A stretch of 64,000 nucleotides of DNA from assembly GCF_030144855.1 (NCBI RefSeq), contig NC_082718.1, positions 23,312,001 through 23,376,000 on the forward strand, given 5' to 3'. The notes beneath the pieces are model-generated. The model was given only the letters and a program-made list of their open reading frames with translations, made no database searches and had not been told where the DNA came from. Source of the stretch: Hypanus sabinus (taxonomy: Eukaryota). The number at the start of each line of letters is the position of its first letter. Position 1 is the stretch's first letter. A program made the position numbers and the translations under genes. This document shows, in pieces, positions 1-12,467 of the stretch.

Positions 1-149
1 TCCCAGTTAGTTTTTTTTTGTTCCATTATTTCTGAACAATAGTGATCCACAGTAAAATGCTACATGCACCCAGTGCCTCTGCTAAAAGTTAACGGTAAAA
101 CTTTTTGATGAAAGTAAACTAAAAATATGAATTCACGGGCACAGGACAG

Positions 150-800
150 ACTGTAGATGCTGGAACTCTGCAGCACTGCATGTAATATGCTGGAGGAAGT
201 CAGTGGATCAGACAGCATCTATGGAGGAAAATAAACAATTAAAATTTCAGGCCAAGACCTTTCTTCAGGACTGGAAAGAGGACAGAAGTCAGAAAAAAGA
301 GTGGGGAGAGGGGAGGAATATGAGCTGGTAGGTGACAGGTGAATCTAGAAGGATGAAGGCAAGAAAGTGCGGGACGAGAGAAAAAGGAATGGATTGTGTA
401 TAAGATGATGAGAAGCGTTGATAGTCAGAGGCTTTTTCCCAGGGCTGAAATGGTTGTCACAAGAATACACAGGTTTAAGGTGCTGGGGAGTAGATACAGA
501 GGAAATGTCAGGTGTAAGTTTTTTACTCAGAGAGTGGCGAGTGCATGGAATGCGTTGCTGGCAACAGTGGTGGAGGTGGATACGATAGGGTCTTTTAAGA
601 GACTTTTGGATAGGTACATGGACCTTAGAAAAATAGAGGACTATCGGTAAGCCTAGTAATTTCTAAGGTAGGGACATATTCGGCACAACTTTGTGAGCCG
701 AAGGGCTTGTATTGTGCTGTAGGTTTTCAATGTTTCTATGTTGATTTGAGAAGCTGGGAAGTGATTGGTGGAAGAGGCAAAGGGCTGCAGAAGGAATCAG
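150..800 (-). mobile_element. Penelope-like terminal repeat, interrupted by a plus-strand CR1 3' end (about 394-745)
   Basis: Matches the abundant ...GATGCTGCCTGACCTGCTGAGTTCCTCCAGCA... repeat. ORF 396-650 carries CR1 C-terminal motifs (FFTQRV..WN.L). Confidence 0.7.
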
Positions 801-1321
801 AGTGGATGACTGACATAATCAAATACTGCACCCACTCCAAACATTCTCTCTTCCACCTTCTGCCATTGGGCAGAAGATACAAAAGCCTAAAAGCATGCAC
901 CAGCAGATTCAAGGATGGCTTCTAACCCACTGTTACAAGACTATTGAACAGTTCGATTAATTGGACTCCTGACCTCAGTCTATGTCGGTAAGACCTTGCA
1001 ATTTATTGTCTATTGCATTTGAACTATAGCTCTAACACTTCATTGTTATTATTTTACCTTGTACTATCTCAATGCACTAATGGAGTAAGTTGATCTGACA
1101 ACTGAAATGATTAAAAAAATAGCTATCCAACAATGAGTGGGAATACCACACAAATGATAGGAATGACACCCAGTGTAATCCTGTCTTAGTAATACTGGAG
1201 TTTAGGAAAATCTGTGAGCTTCTGGGGGATCAAAGGGCAAGACAAGATCACTAGACCTTGTGGAGAAAAACTTGGTGGTATCCAGCTGTTCAGCAATCTA
1301 CTACTGCTTTCCATTGTCCTA

Positions 1322-2628
1322 CTGGTCCACAATCCTTTATCTGAAATCCTTGGGGCCAGTTGCATTTCGGAATTCAGAATTTTTCGGATTTCAGAAAGTT
1401 GATAATTACACTGATAATTAACCTGTCTCCGTGCGGGTGGACTTTAGGACCCNNNNNNNNNNNNNNNNNNNNNNNNNNNNNNNNNNNNNNNNNNNNNNNN
1501 NNNNNNNNNNNNNNNNNNNNNNNNNNNNNNNNNNNNNNNNNNNNNNNNNNNNNNNNNNNNNNNNNNNNNNNNNNNNNNNNNNNNNNNNNNNNNNNNNNNN
1601 NNNNNNNNNNNNNNNNNNNAGTGAACTTCCGTGTTTTTCAGATCTGCACTCTTTTACAAATACTATTACAGTTTATTTATACAGTAATATACTGATAAAT
1701 TGAATAGTGGGTTAAGTATAGACCATAAATACACTAGTACATTTTATTCCCAACAAAAACATTGAATAAAACATAAAATTATACAGCTTCAAATGAACCG
1801 AATCATCATCATCCATTGTTAATGTTTTTCTAAGAACGTAGCACCTTACAAAGCTGTTTCATCAGCATTGTAAATTTGTTCAGGGCTAAGGTTTTCATCA
1901 GGTATTATCTTGGCAAATTCGTCAATGTAATTTTCAGCAGCTTCGTGATCAGCAAAAGCTTTTTCACCACAGAGTTTCAGATATTTTACACCGTGACACT
2001 TCTTAAATTTCTTAAATCTCTGACTATTGACACTCACCTTCAATGCTCAGTTCTTCATGGTATATTCTAGTTTGTTTCATGATCAACATGCCATTCAGCG
2101 GCAAATGTTCACTTCTTCGTTGTCTAACCCACTCAATCAACACACAGTCAAGATCTTCATTTTTTGCCATATGCAGTGTTTTCCCATTTTTCCATTAGTT
2201 TATGGTCATCACTATCACTATAAAACTTCAGTAACTTGTCTTTCTAACTTGTCGATCAAGCTTCTGCAATAACTCCACTTTCTGTGTTAATACTGATAGA
2301 TGCTTCCTTCTCTTTTTCTCATTGTTACCCATAGGGGTATCTGCAGCTCTTTTTGACATTTTCACAGTGAAATTAAACACAAAGTCAACAGTGAACACAA
2401 AATAGCAGCGAACAGCAAATGCACATATAACCAGTATGAACTCTGAGCCACAACTGATGTACTGATGTACAGCGGCCTCTGCTAGTGCTGCCACGTCACA
2501 CCTGACTGACGTCAGCTGTTGGTGCGCCAAACAAGCCTTGTTACGTGTCGCCCCACACGACACGAGAAAAACTTCGGTTTTCGGAGCTTTTCGGATTTCA
2601 GAATTTCGGATAAGGGATTGTGGACCTG
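1322..2628 (-). mobile_element. Tigger/pogo (Tigger4/Zombi-like) DNA transposon, internally deleted
   Basis: Terminal inverted repeats (TIRs) CTGGTCCACAATCCTTTATCTGAAAT / ATTTCGGATAAGGGATTGTGGACCTG with TA on both flanks. Transposase remnants MSKRAADTPMGNNEKKRRKHLS...QKVELLQKLD and ...QIYNADETAL. Confidence 0.9.
1453..1619. other. Assembly gap (167 N)
   Basis: Run of N inside the Tigger element. Confidence 1.
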
Positions 2629-3209
2629 TACTTCAATAAACTGTTATAAAGAAATTATCCATATAGTTGGAACATAAATCAAAGATTTTAACTGTACCTC
2701 ATACAAAAAGCTGAAGAAACTCAGTAAACCAGCTGTATTTTGAGGCCCTCCAACGGTCGAGGTCAACCATGGATGTTGTGTCCTAGCAATCTATGAGATT
2801 CGCAAGCCAGGGCAGTATGATATGGAGAGCAAGCTGTTGCCCATTCAGCAGCCTAGCAGCCTCTCCCCTTCCATGCAGCTGATGAATCCAAAGGAACATC
2901 AGAGACTGTTAAGAGTTTTTTTTTGGGGGGGGCAGAAATGAACAGTCAACATTTTGGGCTAAGACCCTTCATCAAGCCCAATTTTTAAGAACTCCACCAG
3001 CATTTTGTGTGAGCTGCTCAAGCTTTCCAGCATCTACAGAATCTCTTGGGTCACCGTACCTCAGTACATGTGACAATATAAACCAATTACAATGTCAAAG
3101 TAAACTCGAAGTACATACAGTATAACTATACAAAATAATGACTGACAAACTAATGCACAAATTGTGCAAGTAAAACAAATATGGGACAACAATAAACCAA
3201 TTCCAATTC

Positions 3210-4110
3210 CTCATAACTACAACACCCTGTGTAATACAGTGGATGGATTGGCTGCCTCTGATACCCTATGTGACAACAGTAAACCAACTCCTATTATTTA
3301 TTACATCTATAAACTCACTGATGATCCAATCACTGTTGGCAGAATGTCAGATGGTGACAAGAGCATCAAGAGCGAGATATACCAGCTAATTGAGTAGTGT
3401 CGCAGCAACAACCTTGCAATCAATGTCAGTACGACCAAAGAACTGATTGTGGATCTCAGAAAGAGTAAGATGAGGGATCCGAAGTGGAGAGAGTGAGCAA
3501 TTCTAGCCTCCTGGGTGTTAATATCTCTGAGAACTTAACAGGTCCCAACATACTGATGCAGCTATAAAGAAGGCCAGACAGCAACTATATTTCATCAGGA
3601 GTTTGGAGCTTTGGTATGCCACACAAAAACAGACAAATATCTGCATATGTGCCATGGAGAGCATTCTAACTGGTTCCACCACCATATGGCATGGGATGGG
3701 GCAACTGCACAGGATCGAAGCAAGCTGTAGAATTGTGAGTTTAGCCTACTCCATCATGGACACCAGCCTCCATTGTATCCAGGACATCTTCGAAAATCGG
3801 TGCCTCAAAAAGGCAGCGTCCATCATTAAAGACCCCCATCACCCAAGACATGCCCTCTTCTCATTATTACCGTTGGGAAGGAGATACAGAAGCCTGAAGG
3901 CACAAACTCAGCGATTCAGGAACAGCTTCTTCCCCTCTGCCATCCGATTCCTAAATGGACATGGAACCTATGAACACGAACTCACCATTTTTTAATTTTT
4001 TTGTGCGTGGATTATATATGATAGTAATTCACATTTCTTGTATTATTATGCATAACATTGTACCGCTGACGCAAAGTTAACAAATTTCACGACATATGCC
4101 GGTGACATTA
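3210..4110 (+). mobile_element. Rex1/Babar-type LINE 3' fragment
   Basis: Degenerate RT and C-terminal region (MESILTG...RCLKKAASIIKDPHHP.HALFSLLPLGRRYRSL) plus the family 3' UTR. Confidence 0.8.
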
Positions 4111-4464
4111 AAATGTCACACACAAAATACTGATAGAAACACAGCAGCCTAGCCTGCTGTGTTCTACAAACATTTGGTGTGTGTTGTTTGAATTTCCAGT
4201 ATCTGCAGATTTCCTCGGGATATTAAAAAATATTCAGATTCAAATAACACTGGAGAAATTAAAAACACAAGATTTTACAGACGCTGGCAATCGAGAGTAA
4301 CACAAATGCTGGAGGATCTCGGCAGGTCAGGCAGCTGCTACAGAAAGGAAGAAAGGACCAGCTCCTTAATCAGGACTGCAGGGATCGACCGCCTCCGATC
4401 CCGCGCAGTGCTTCCGTGAGAGCCGCTTCTCCTCCTCGGCCGCCTGGTTTTGTGTAAAACTCAC

Positions 4465-4578
4465 CTCGTCCCGGCACTGCTTTTGACACATTTGGCAATA
4501 CCAGCGCAGCTTTTGCAGCCCCTTGGATTTGATGCGGTTGGCGATTGCCTTGGGTGTGAGGAACTCGGCCTTGCCCAT
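4465..4578 (-). CDS. KIN: KIN17 DNA/RNA-binding protein, coding exon 1 (rest of gene lies left of the window)
   Basis: Translates MGKAEFLTPKAIANRIKSKGLQKLRWYCQMCQKQCRDE (38 aa, 114 nt), the KIN17 N-terminus and start of its zinc finger. Ends at a canonical GAG|GTGAGT donor. Head-to-head with ATP5F1C as in other vertebrates. Confidence 0.97.
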
Positions 4579-5039
4579 CCTGTCCGCTTCGATGACACCA
4601 CCGGCTGGGCTGGTACACACTTTGACTGCTACGTCACCACACAGACGCAGAAACCCGGTGACGCTAGCTATTCATGCCAACAAATGTGTTTACGTCACCA
4701 CGTTTCTCCTCCTAAAGTCTCCGAGACAGACACCTTTACAAATGACACACATTCAGGATTCGCTCCCTTCCCCCAATGTTATATCTTCACATCAAGAAAA
4801 AACCCTAACAAGTTAACCTTGGCGATGAGAGAAAGAACATTGCTGAGAGGGGGCTAAAGCTGTTTGGTCGCGTTTCTGGGAGTTGTAGTTGACACCTAAT
4901 TCAATTGAAGCGCAACAGAATGTGCGGACACTACAATTCCCGGAGGGCATTGCGGCGAGGACGGGTGCCGGGACGTGGGAACGGTGTACGACGCAGGCGC
5001 GTTTGCTGCGGGCTGACCTTCAGCGGTGGCGGATTCACC
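4579..5039. promoter_or_regulatory. Bidirectional KIN/ATP5F1C promoter and 5' UTRs
   Basis: Divergent ATGs at 4578 and 5040, CpG-enriched. ACTACAACTCCCAG on minus (4876-4889) and ACTACAATTCCC on plus (4930-4941). TACGTCACCAC twice (4630, 4691). TGACCTTCA at 5014-5022. Confidence 0.88.
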
Positions 5040-5080
5040 ATGTTCACCAGAACAGGCGTCCTGGTTTTTGTGCCCCAATG
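5040..5080 (+). CDS. ATP5F1C: ATP synthase F1 gamma, exon 1 (mitochondrial presequence)
   Basis: ACCATG Kozak context. MFTRTGVLVFVPQ(W), donor TG|GTAAAT. Phase joins exon 2. Confidence 0.9.
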
Positions 5081-5779
5081 GTAAATTGCACAAGGCTAGC
5101 TCGGTCTGTCCGTGCAAATCGTCGCGTTTTCCATCTCTCTCTTTGCTTCTAAATGGTGTGCTGCTGTGTGTTCATTTTAATTGTGAAGTTAGCTGACCGC
5201 AGGCAGGGTGAATCGGGTAACTAGGCCTGTGAGGAAGGATGGTGGAATAGGAGGTCTGCTTGCTGTTTAAGCTCGTTTACTTCAATTTTCCACTCAGATT
5301 TTGTTTGCTGCAATCTCCCTTTCCAGTCTTGACTGGGAAGGTCTTCCTTAGGATGTATCTGGTTTCCAAAGAAAAGGTAAATAAATATGAAAAGCATCAA
5401 AATTAAGTAGTGTTCAGCATATCTGGCGGTGTCTGAAGGAAGAAAGACCTTTTATCTGGGACTCTAATCAATTTATTATGTATTGAGAGAAGGAAAAGCC
5501 GATATAGCATTTTAAATTATGAGGGGCATAGATAGAGTTCCTATTCCTCAAGATGGAAATGGTCCGATATAAGAGGGCATAGGTTTAAGGTGAAAGGAGG
5601 GAAATTTATTTCCAGGACAAGTTTTTTTTTCACAGTGTGGTAGGTGACTGGGCCCTGCTGCCAGGTCAGAGCAGCTATGATGATGTTTATTTATTAGATA
5701 GGCACGTAGATAAATAGGGGTTGAAGGGATATAGCTCATGTGCAGGCATAGGGTGAGTCTAAATTGGTTAGCCCAGACA

Positions 5780-6160
5780 TATCAGAAAGGCAGTGTCCAT
5801 TATTAAGGACCTCCAGCACCCAGAACATGCCCATTTCTCACTGTTACCATCAGGTAGGAGGTACAGAAGCCTGAAGGGACATACTAAGCGATTCAGGAAC
5901 AGCTTCTTCCCCTCTACCATCCGAATCCTAAATGGACATTGAAGCTTTGGAAGCTACCTCACTTTTTTTTAATATACAGTATCTGTTTTTTGCATGTTTT
6001 TTTAAATATTCAATTTCATAATTGATTTACTTGTTTATTTATTATTATGTTTTATTTATTTTTTCTCTCTTTGCTAGATTATGTATTGTCATGTACTACT
6101 GCTGCTAAGTTAACAAATTTCTCATCACATGCTGGTAATAATAAACCTGCTTCTGATTCT
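5780..6160 (+). mobile_element. Rex1/Babar-type LINE 3' end
   Basis: Same 3' end as the copies at 3800-4110 and 35860-36300. Confidence 0.75.
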
Positions 6161-8566
6161 TATTTTGATATGGGCCAAAGGGTTTGTTCCCATCTTATAA
6201 TATTTTGCATTCTGTTCTTAGAGTTAAGTAGAGTAATATGGGGTTAAGTTGCAAGAACAATCAATGGCCAAAACTCTTAACCAATCAGTGGGCATGAATT
6301 CAGATCCCATCGTGAAAGTAGGGGCATTTAAATTCAAGTAATTCAATAAATAAAGAACTGAAAGTGTGTATCAATAATGGTAACTACAAAGCATCTGAAT
6401 TGCTCTTCAGAGAAAGCAACCTGTTGCCCATACCTAGTGTGGAAATTACACAAGTGGTTGAATTATAATTGTCTTCTCAAATGGCCAGGAAACTTCTACA
6501 TGCAGGGCAATTTGGGAGATTCAAGAAATCTTGATTGGATAAATAAAATGAACATCAGTATATACTATTAGTTAGACTGCATATGTCTTCATCTTAAAGC
6601 AGTTCTGCAGAGATCTTTGCTTCATTTGGGTTGCAGATGTAAGCTCTCAAATTTTTTTAAATCCACTAATTTGATGCAAAATATTGAGGTAAGTGCAATT
6701 ATAGATAAAACTAGGTGTTATTTTGCAATTCTGCTAGTAGAGAATAATTAGCCAAAATATAACTTTGAAATTGTGTAACAGAAATCATTTACTTTTTTGG
6801 GAAAAAAATTCAGACCAGCAGAACAGGCCACTTGAGTAATACTTATTTCTTAGAGTAACTCTTAAGAGTTGAAAGACTAAGAGCTTGGATGAGAGATCAG
6901 GTGGAATGCTTTCTCTGTCAGATGGTATAAACCACAATGATCTTCTGTGCTGTAAAATTTTGTGCATGTAGAAGTAGGTCACTGATGGATCCTTTGTTGC
7001 ATTTGTTATTTTTAACAAAAAAAATCATTCAATATCATTGCAAAAATTGAAAATGTGTCGGAGATCTGCTTTAAAATTGGATAATAGATGACTAACAGTA
7101 ATTGTTCTCAACAATGATAATGTTTTCACTTTGAAGATCAGTAATAGATATTGGGTGTAAGAGTTCTCGTTTACATGCTTTTTCTGTTGAGACTAAAGAT
7201 TGCAGTTGAAAAGAAAGTTACTGCAAATATGTTTGGTTGAAAATACTTCGTACTTCAATGTGCACATACTTGTTTTAAAATATCCAAAGAAGCAACTGTC
7301 TATCTGGTCAATTTCATATGTAGATGATGGATTACCAGTAGCCTGGGCTGCTCACCGTGGACTCTTAATCCCTTTGTTTCCACCACCATCAGGAAGGTTT
7401 GCAGGGGGTGGGGGGGGGCTTCATTTCTTTCTTGAACAGAGGCCTAACTGCTTCCCTTACTTCTGTGCACTCATTTGATTATCAAACTCATCCTCACACT
7501 TCGCTACTTCTCCTTTGACTTAACACTCACTTTCTTCAGGTGAAAAGTTGCTACAGCAGTCCCTTGGGTCTTAACAATGCCTGCTGCCTTATTGGAGTCC
7601 TTGCTCCAGATTTTTTTGGGCCCACTCTTTCAATTCTTTCTCCATTACACTGGGCATTTGCATTGGTGGTATATCCTGCACCCAGAAAGAACACAAAAAA
7701 AGATTACTTTTGCTGCCAATTTCCATCCTGTTCTCATGTTTCTGTTATCCATCTCTGACACTTTTCTTTCCCGTTCTATATCTTTATCTCAGGACTAGAT
7801 AGAAACATAATTTACAAGCCCATAAACTTCCCCAACTAGCTAGACTGAACAACTTCTCAACAATGCTTCTGTAAGTTTTTTAGTCACTTCTTTGTCACTA
7901 TTGTTCCATTGAGGCACTTCACAACCTTCTGCCATGAACATCGAATATTTCTACTAAACTTAAACTGCTCACTCATCATTGCCTGTTATTCTCCTGATGA
8001 CCATTTATTGCCGCCATTTGTAATGCTAGTAGTCAGTATCCATGCTCCTTACCAATCTCTGTATGAACTGTTGTCTTGCACCACACCACCACTGCAAACT
8101 TAATGTCCTTACAGCTTTCCCGGAATTCTTCCTCAGTTCTGAGGGAATATTCCTGACTCAGAGCATTAACTGTTTTCTCTTTCCACAGAGCTGCTTGACA
8201 GAATGAATTCTTCCAGCACAGATGTCTCCTCATGTAACTTGCATTTTATACAAAATATACCTATGTCATAATCAATACATTACAGCGCCATTAAACATTA
8301 TGCCTCTTATTTTACATGGAGGCAACTTTTTTATTGCATCCTCAAAGTCAGGATTGCCAGCAGATAAATTGCTTTCTGTTGGCCTTTTGCTAGATTTTTC
8401 AGGTATAAACATGGATCTTTTAGATCTCAATGATCCCCATGAGCACAAGACCAGTTAATGTTATTGCAAAATTACCCTCTTTATCTTACTACAAATACAC
8501 ATATAACTCCAGGCTTGAATGTTTTATTTTAAGTTTTATGCTAATATCTATTCTGTTATGTTACAG

Positions 8567-8601
8567 GGGTCAAGTCCGAAACATGGCAACTCTGAAGGAT
8601 A
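8567..8601 (+). CDS. ATP5F1C: ATP synthase F1 gamma, exon 2
   Basis: TTACAG|G...A|GTAAGT, 35 nt. Encodes GQVRNMATLKD, containing the mature N-terminus ATLKD. Confidence 0.96.
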
Positions 8602-9094
8602 GTAAGTATCATATTTTTCTATGACGGAATATTGCTTTACTAATGATTTGTAAGATGCAGGTGTACATCGGAGTAATATACTTGAGCTTTCAAAGATTTT
8701 AAGATTCCTGAAATGTAATGCTTAAAGGTTTCTGCATTGACACCTTGCTTGATGAGCAATGTAACTGGTAAAGTTGGGTGTCAGATTGGAATTTCATACT
8801 GAGCGAGATCATGTTGTTGAAAAGGCAAACTTTGTTAAGTAAAAATCTGAAATACAACAGATAACAACATTGGTGATCGAATCAGTTAATATTTCAACAG
8901 AGAAGGAATCACTTGATACTTCAGGTTGCTGATCTTCCTTCTGAACTGAAGGTATTAAGTTGCTTTCCCTATTTTTCACCACTTTCTGTCACCTTTCATA
9001 TCTCCAGCATCCAGGATCATCTTGGTTCTAAAATGATATAAGCATTACTCATGAATCTTGGACATGTAAATTGTGGCTTCAGTATATCTCACTG

Positions 9095-9465
9095 GACAGC
9101 GTGGTAGCGTAGGATTAGAGTAAAGCTTTATAGTGCCAGCGATCCTGATTGGGGTTCAATTCTCACCGGTGTTTGTGCATTCTCCCCATGACCATATGGG
9201 TTTCCTTTGGGTGCTCAGGTTTCCTCCCACATTCCAAAGATATTCAGGTTAGGGTTATTAAATTGCGGCCATGCTATGTTGGCACTGGAAGCATGGTGAC
9301 ACTTGTGGGCTGTGCCCAGCAAAATCCTCGGACTATCGGTCTAAGGATTGTGCTGGAGGCAGCCCACAGGTGTTGTCATTTGTTAGTCATTGACGCAAAT
9401 GGCACACTTCACTGTATATTTTGATCCACGTGTGACAAATACATTTATCTTTTATCTTTATCTGC
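9095..9465 (+). mobile_element. tRNA-derived V-SINE
   Basis: A/B-box-like head, V-domain GGGTGCTCAGGTTTCCTCCCACATTCCAAAGA, and tail GTGACAAATA...ATCTTT. Confidence 0.75.
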
Positions 9466-9857
9466 AATCTTTAAGCTTTACAATACGGTTAAAGATATTA
9501 ATGACATGGTTGGCTCTCTTCTAATAAATTTTACCAAAAATAAATGAACATACCTTACATTCAAAACAAATATTTTGTATTGGGACGTGAATGAGGTTAT
9601 TTTCTATTTTTAAAAAGAATGTAGGTTTCTGGTATATCAGTGGTATACTGCATACTTTTCTTTACAAAAGCATAATCTGATTGCAAATCTCAAATTTGCT
9701 CAGTTTAAATATATTTTCACTGCAGTCTAGTTGTGTAGTTTTGTGAGTAAGACAAAAGAAATTTCTGGCAAAATTTCATTAAAAAAGCTATTACAGTTAA
9801 TAATGCATAGTAGTCTCAATATAAAAACTATCTGGTAATATATTTGTCTGTTTTCAG

Positions 9858-9989
9858 TTACCAGGCGCTTGAAGTCTATCAAGAATATCCAAAAGATCAC
9901 CCAGTCCATGAAAATGGTGGCTGCAGCAAAATATGCAAGAGCTGAGAGGGAACTGAAGCCAGCAAGAGTTTATGGAACAGGAGCTCTTG
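9858..9989 (+). CDS. ATP5F1C: ATP synthase F1 gamma, exon 3
   Basis: TTTCAG|...G|GTATGA, 132 nt. (I)[43 protein letters not shown]. Confidence 0.97.
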
Positions 9990-12262
9990 GTATGATAACT
10001 GCAGCATGTAATTTCACTTTTGAGTTGTGGAAGAGATTGTCTTCAGAGTCATAGACTTAACCTCTGTGGCAGATAACATTCAGCTGAATATTTTTTGCAG
10101 AATTGCCATGTATGTAGTATTTTGAGGGGCAGGAGACAAGCACAAATCTGTGGTCTTATTCACTGCAAGCTTTTTCCACTGAGGTTGAGTGAGACTAGAA
10201 CTGAATGCCATAGGTTTAGGGTGAAAGGTGAAATGTTTAAGGGGAACCTGAGGAAGAACTTCTTTGCTCAGGGTGGTACAAGTGTGGAACAAGCTGCAAG
10301 CTGAAGTGGTGGATGTGGGTTCGGTTGCAATATTTGAGAGAATTTTAGATTAGTACATGGATGGGAGTGGTATGGAGTGCTATGTCCAGGTGCAGGTCAA
10401 TAGGACTAGTCAGAATAACAATTTGGCATGGACTAGATGAGCCAAAAGGCCCCTTTCTGTGCTGCTGTGCTCCTTGATTCTATGAACATAAAAGCAGCAA
10501 ACCCAAAATGCTGGAGGAACTCAGCACATTGACAAGATCTATGGAGATGAATAAATGGTCAACTTTTTCAGGCTGGGGCTCTTCATTAGAGCTGGAAGGA
10601 AAGGGAGAAGAATCCAGATTCTATTATGCCTTTTTGCTGTCAGAACTAAAATAAATTGGTTTGCTAATGCAACACCTTAAAGAATTTCATTAATTTGAAA
10701 GCGACTATTAACTTCTCATTAGTCCAATAGGAAAGGGGTAGATTATATAAGTGGATAATTATAGGCCATTCTATGGTTATGACAGGTTTTCTTTACTGAG
10801 AGCTGTTCACAACTCAGACAGTTCACATTGGAAATCCAGTTGCCTGGCAATATATTTAAACAAAAACATGGACAAGCCAAGGCCAAAACGAAGTTAAACT
10901 GGAGTGTCCAACTCAACTATTAAGACATTGCTACAAATTGAATTTCCACATGGCAGAAGGTGCATGCAGCAGCTGGCAAATCCATCCCCCAAGTCTCCTA
11001 AATTGTTGTTCATGTGTATCAGCTGTATAAAACAGGTGATTATAACTTGGGCAGCTCCTGTAAACAGTGACTCGTAATACAAATGAAGTTCTTTTGCTGC
11101 ACAATCCAGTCTGCATCATTTGGGAGATTCTCACTGCCTTTTTTGTGATTTCTAGCACATTTTGTGCTCCAGGTATGTTATATAATAATATTATATAATG
11201 GATCTGAATAAAGCAGAGATATCAAGCATGCCAGCACAATCAGGAAACTAGCAGTCAAATGGGCAAAGATGTTTTGGATAATAGTTCCATTCATTTAAAA
11301 CTTTCTCTCAAACCTACTCATGTTAAGTTCAGTCAAGAGTATTGTCATTGCTCTCCATGCCTTTGTGGCAAGTCAGCCAGCAACCTTAGCATTTGTCTGT
11401 TTTTTATGAGGCCATTACTCACTCAACGCTTAACCCAGCACAGATGAAAAGCTTGCAAGGAGCCGGCTGGATTTGTACCTAGGACCACTCACCTCGAAGT
11501 CCGGTGTGAGTGTGAGTGGGATCCATGTCACAGAAAGCAAGCAGGAAAGGATTCTGCTGCTGAGAGTAAACAAAGCACTTGGGCAGCAATGTGAGATGCA
11601 CATATGATTGAATGGATTGTTATCTAGTAGGATGTGGCTATAACATAGGCAATGCCTACTGTTCATCCTTAATTGCCCTTGAGAAGGATGTGGTGACAGC
11701 TGAATGGGTTGCTCAGCTATTTCAGAGGGAACTAAATATCAACCACATAAAGGCTGGGTAGGAAAGCTAACAGATTTCCACCTATAAGAGCATCATTAAG
11801 AAGTGTAGTATTCCATTGCCATTCCATTGGGAGTAGAGTCATTGTAAGTGGTTTGCCAGTTATTTAAGGACATTCAGAGCATTGAAACTGATGATCAAAC
11901 AAAGTTCTCCTGGCTGGATTTTTTTAAAATTTAATTATGTGTCTCAGTCTTGGTAAGCTAATCCCCGCAAGCATTGAGAGATTTTTTTTGTGGCATGTAT
12001 GTGCATCTTGAGAAATACCTTGTAGCTGTGCATGCTTGCTATTTCTCTTACTACAAGACTTGAAACTGGAGTCTATGGCTGGTAGGTCCTCAGCTTACCC
12101 AATGTCTTTTTTTTTCCCATTATAGAGCAATTTATAGGATCTTACTGGCTTGCAAGCTTGATGATTTAAATAATTGATCTTATCACCAGAAGCAACTTAC
12201 AACTGTTTTTATACAGCACTGCATAGATGCAACCTTTTAACACTGGCTCTATTTCTCCCAAG

Positions 12263-12467
12263 CTCTGTATGAGAAAGCAGAAATTCAACCTCCTGAAAAC
12301 CAAGCCAGACACCTGATTATTGGAGTATCCTCTGACCGTGGTCTATGTGGTGGGATCCACAGTAATGTTGCTAAAAGCATAAGGAATCAAATACAGGAAT
12401 TGACTTCTGCAGGTAAAGAGATCAAGGTGGCTACTATTGGGGACAAGCTAAGAGCACTGCTGTATAG
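12263..12467 (+). CDS. ATP5F1C: ATP synthase F1 gamma, exon 4
   Basis: CCCAAG|...AG|GTAAGT, 205 nt. LYEKAEIQPPENQARHLIIGVSSDRGLCGGIHSNVAK...IGDKLRALLY, with the SDRGLCG signature. Confidence 0.97.

Noticed and set aside
1360-1703. ORFs spanning the N run
   Set aside because: Artefacts of the assembly gap.
2745-2910. CTGATGA-containing repeat as another ribozyme
   Set aside because: No properly placed GAAA or flanking stems. It looks like an RTE-type repeat fragment and no fold could be supported.
4366-4620. 84-aa ORF as a complete KIN protein
   Set aside because: Only 4465-4578 is KIN-like. The rest is 5' leader and read-through past the GT donor.
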